32,000 nt of DNA from Thermoproteus tenax Kra 1 (lineage in GTDB: Archaea > Thermoproteota > Thermoprotei > Thermoproteales > Thermoproteaceae), in NCBI RefSeq assembly GCF_000253055.1, contig NC_016070.1:1530001-1562000 (forward strand). Direction: 5' to 3'. The notes beneath the pieces are model-generated. The model was not told the origin of the DNA. It made no database searches and was given only the letters and a program-made list of their open reading frames with translations. Position 1 is the stretch's first letter; each line of letters begins with the position of its first letter. Below are positions 31,057 through 32,000 of this stretch, piece by piece. The position numbers and the translations under genes were made by a program.

Positions 31057-32000
31057 TTACGCCTCTGCCAGTTGCTCCCGAGGCTTTCCAGCCTGTGAAT
31101 GGCTGAGCGCCGGGCCACGCGCCGGTGGTTGCGCCGCCTCTTCTGTTGGCGTACACCACGCCGAACTCGATATGCTCAAAGAAATACTCCACTTCCTTCG
31201 GGTCCTCGGAGAATATGCCGGCGGTTAAGCCGTATTCCGTGTCGTTTGCCTTCCTCACGGCCTCCTCCAGCGTGTCGAACTTATCGACTAGGAGTATGGG
31301 GAGGAACAGCTCTGTCTTCCAGAGGTAGCTGTCGGGGGCTACGCCTTCTATGATGGCCGGCTCTACGTAGAAGCCTTTTGAGAATTCGCCCTCTTCCAGC
31401 ACCCTCCCGCCGTATCTCAACCTGCCGCCGGCCGCCACGGCGTCGGCCACATAGCGCCTGTAGTTCTCCCGCGCCGACTTGTTAATCACGGGGCCGAGGA
31501 AAACCTCCCGCCTCCGCGGGTCGCCTATCTTTACAATCTCCCTAGTCTTCTCCACAAGCCGCTCCACAAACCTGTCGTAGACCTCCCTCTGCACGTAGAG
31601 CCTGCTCGTCGCGGAGCACTTCTGGCCTCCGAAGCCGAAGGCGGCCCTCACAACGCCCTCAGCCGCCTTCTCTAAATCAGCCTTGGCGGTGACTACGGTG
31701 GGGTTTTTCGAGCCCATCTCCAGCACAATTGGCTTAGGCCAGGGCTGTCTCTGGGTGAAGAGGCGGTACAGCCTCATGCCGACGTCGCGTGACCCGGTGA
31801 AGGCTATGCCGGCGACCCTCGGATCGCCAGTAGCCACCTCCTCGACAGCGTCGCCGGGGCCGGTGACGAAGTTTAAAACCCCAGGCGGCACTCCCGCCTC
31901 CACCGCCAGCTGGTACACCAAGGCGGCTGTGAACGGCGCCTCGCTGGTGGGCTTCCAAACAGCGGTGTTCCCCATCAAGAGGACCCCGGTGAGCATTCCC
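30998..32000 (-). CDS. Aldehyde dehydrogenase family, 1-pyrroline-5-carboxylate dehydrogenase-like; the 5' end runs off the window
   Basis: GNTAVWKPTSE, EMGSKNP, the catalytic-Cys motif GFGGQKCSATSR, ANDTEYGLTAGIFS, and C-terminal QPFTGWKASGATGRG are typical of the P5CDH/RocA subgroup. The M at 31996 in the track is internal. Confidence 0.85.
   Translation of the reverse strand, partial: GMLTGVLLMGNTAVWKPTSEAPFTAALVYQLAVEAGVPPGVLNFVTGPGDAVEEVATGDPRVAGIAFTGSRDVGMRLYRLFTQRQPWPKPIVLEMGSKNPTVVTAKADLEKAAEGVVRAAFGFGGQKCSATSRLYVQREVYDRFVERLVEKTREIVKIGDPRRREVFLGPVINKSARENYRRYVADAVAAGGRLRYGGRVLEEGEFSKGFYVEPAIIEGVAPDSYLWKTELFLPILLVDKFDTLEEAVRKANDTEYGLTAGIFSEDPKEVEYFFEHIEFGVVYANRRGGATTGAWPGAQPFTGWKASGATGRGVNGVYYLLNFAREQARTVVY

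Noticed and set aside
1-32000. CRISPR arrays, rRNA genes, and intact IS elements, transposases or integrases.
   Set aside because: No regularly spaced direct repeats, no rRNA-like conserved stretches, and no ORF with transposase or integrase motifs were seen. The only possibly mobile-element-related sequence is the short frameshifted remnant at 20351-20549.

Overview
This 32 kb window looks like a crenarchaeal chromosome segment, most likely Thermoproteales (Thermoproteus/Pyrobaculum-like). Three observations support that: coding regions are GC-rich while spacers are very AT-rich; almost every gene has a TATA-like box 15-30 nt upstream of its start codon, which implies leaderless transcripts; and there is a tRNA with two introns, one of them in the T-arm. 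Gene content is mainly central carbon and energy metabolism. It includes a transketolase N-terminal subunit, TyrRS, DAHP synthase, a two-subunit 2-oxoacid:ferredoxin oxidoreductase, an acetate channel plus AMP-forming acetyl-CoA synthetase, and the bifunctional FBP aldolase/phosphatase. It also includes a split class I fumarase, a tungsten-type aldehyde:ferredoxin oxidoreductase, a nucleotide-sugar dehydrogenase, and a sugar ABC importer next to a membrane-anchored GH57 glycosidase. The remaining genes are a four-subunit POR/VOR-type oxidoreductase, tRNA-Pro(CGG) and a P5C-dehydrogenase-type ALDH. Five places deserve a second look. (1) The AOR gene is bracketed by two paralogous MoaD/ThiS-like beta-grasp genes plus an RHH regulator; one paralog has its GG terminus masked by a Cys-initiated extension and the other is compositionally chimeric. 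(2) A QueD/PTPS-like gene sits back-to-back with an atypical HhH-type glycosylase-like protein carrying a 4Fe-4S cluster loop, followed by a membrane protein, a short DUF711 protein and a signal-less BtuF-like binding protein. (3) A roughly 700 bp ORF-poor segment (20027-20723) holds a frameshifted gene remnant and a very GC-rich, strongly self-complementary stretch with RNase P P4-like motifs. (4) A C13 homopolymer lies in a GC-rich gap with no convincing gene. (5) A decayed trxB-like pseudogene abuts the tRNA. No CRISPR array, rRNA or intact mobile element was seen. All family assignments come from reading motifs by eye; no database search was run.
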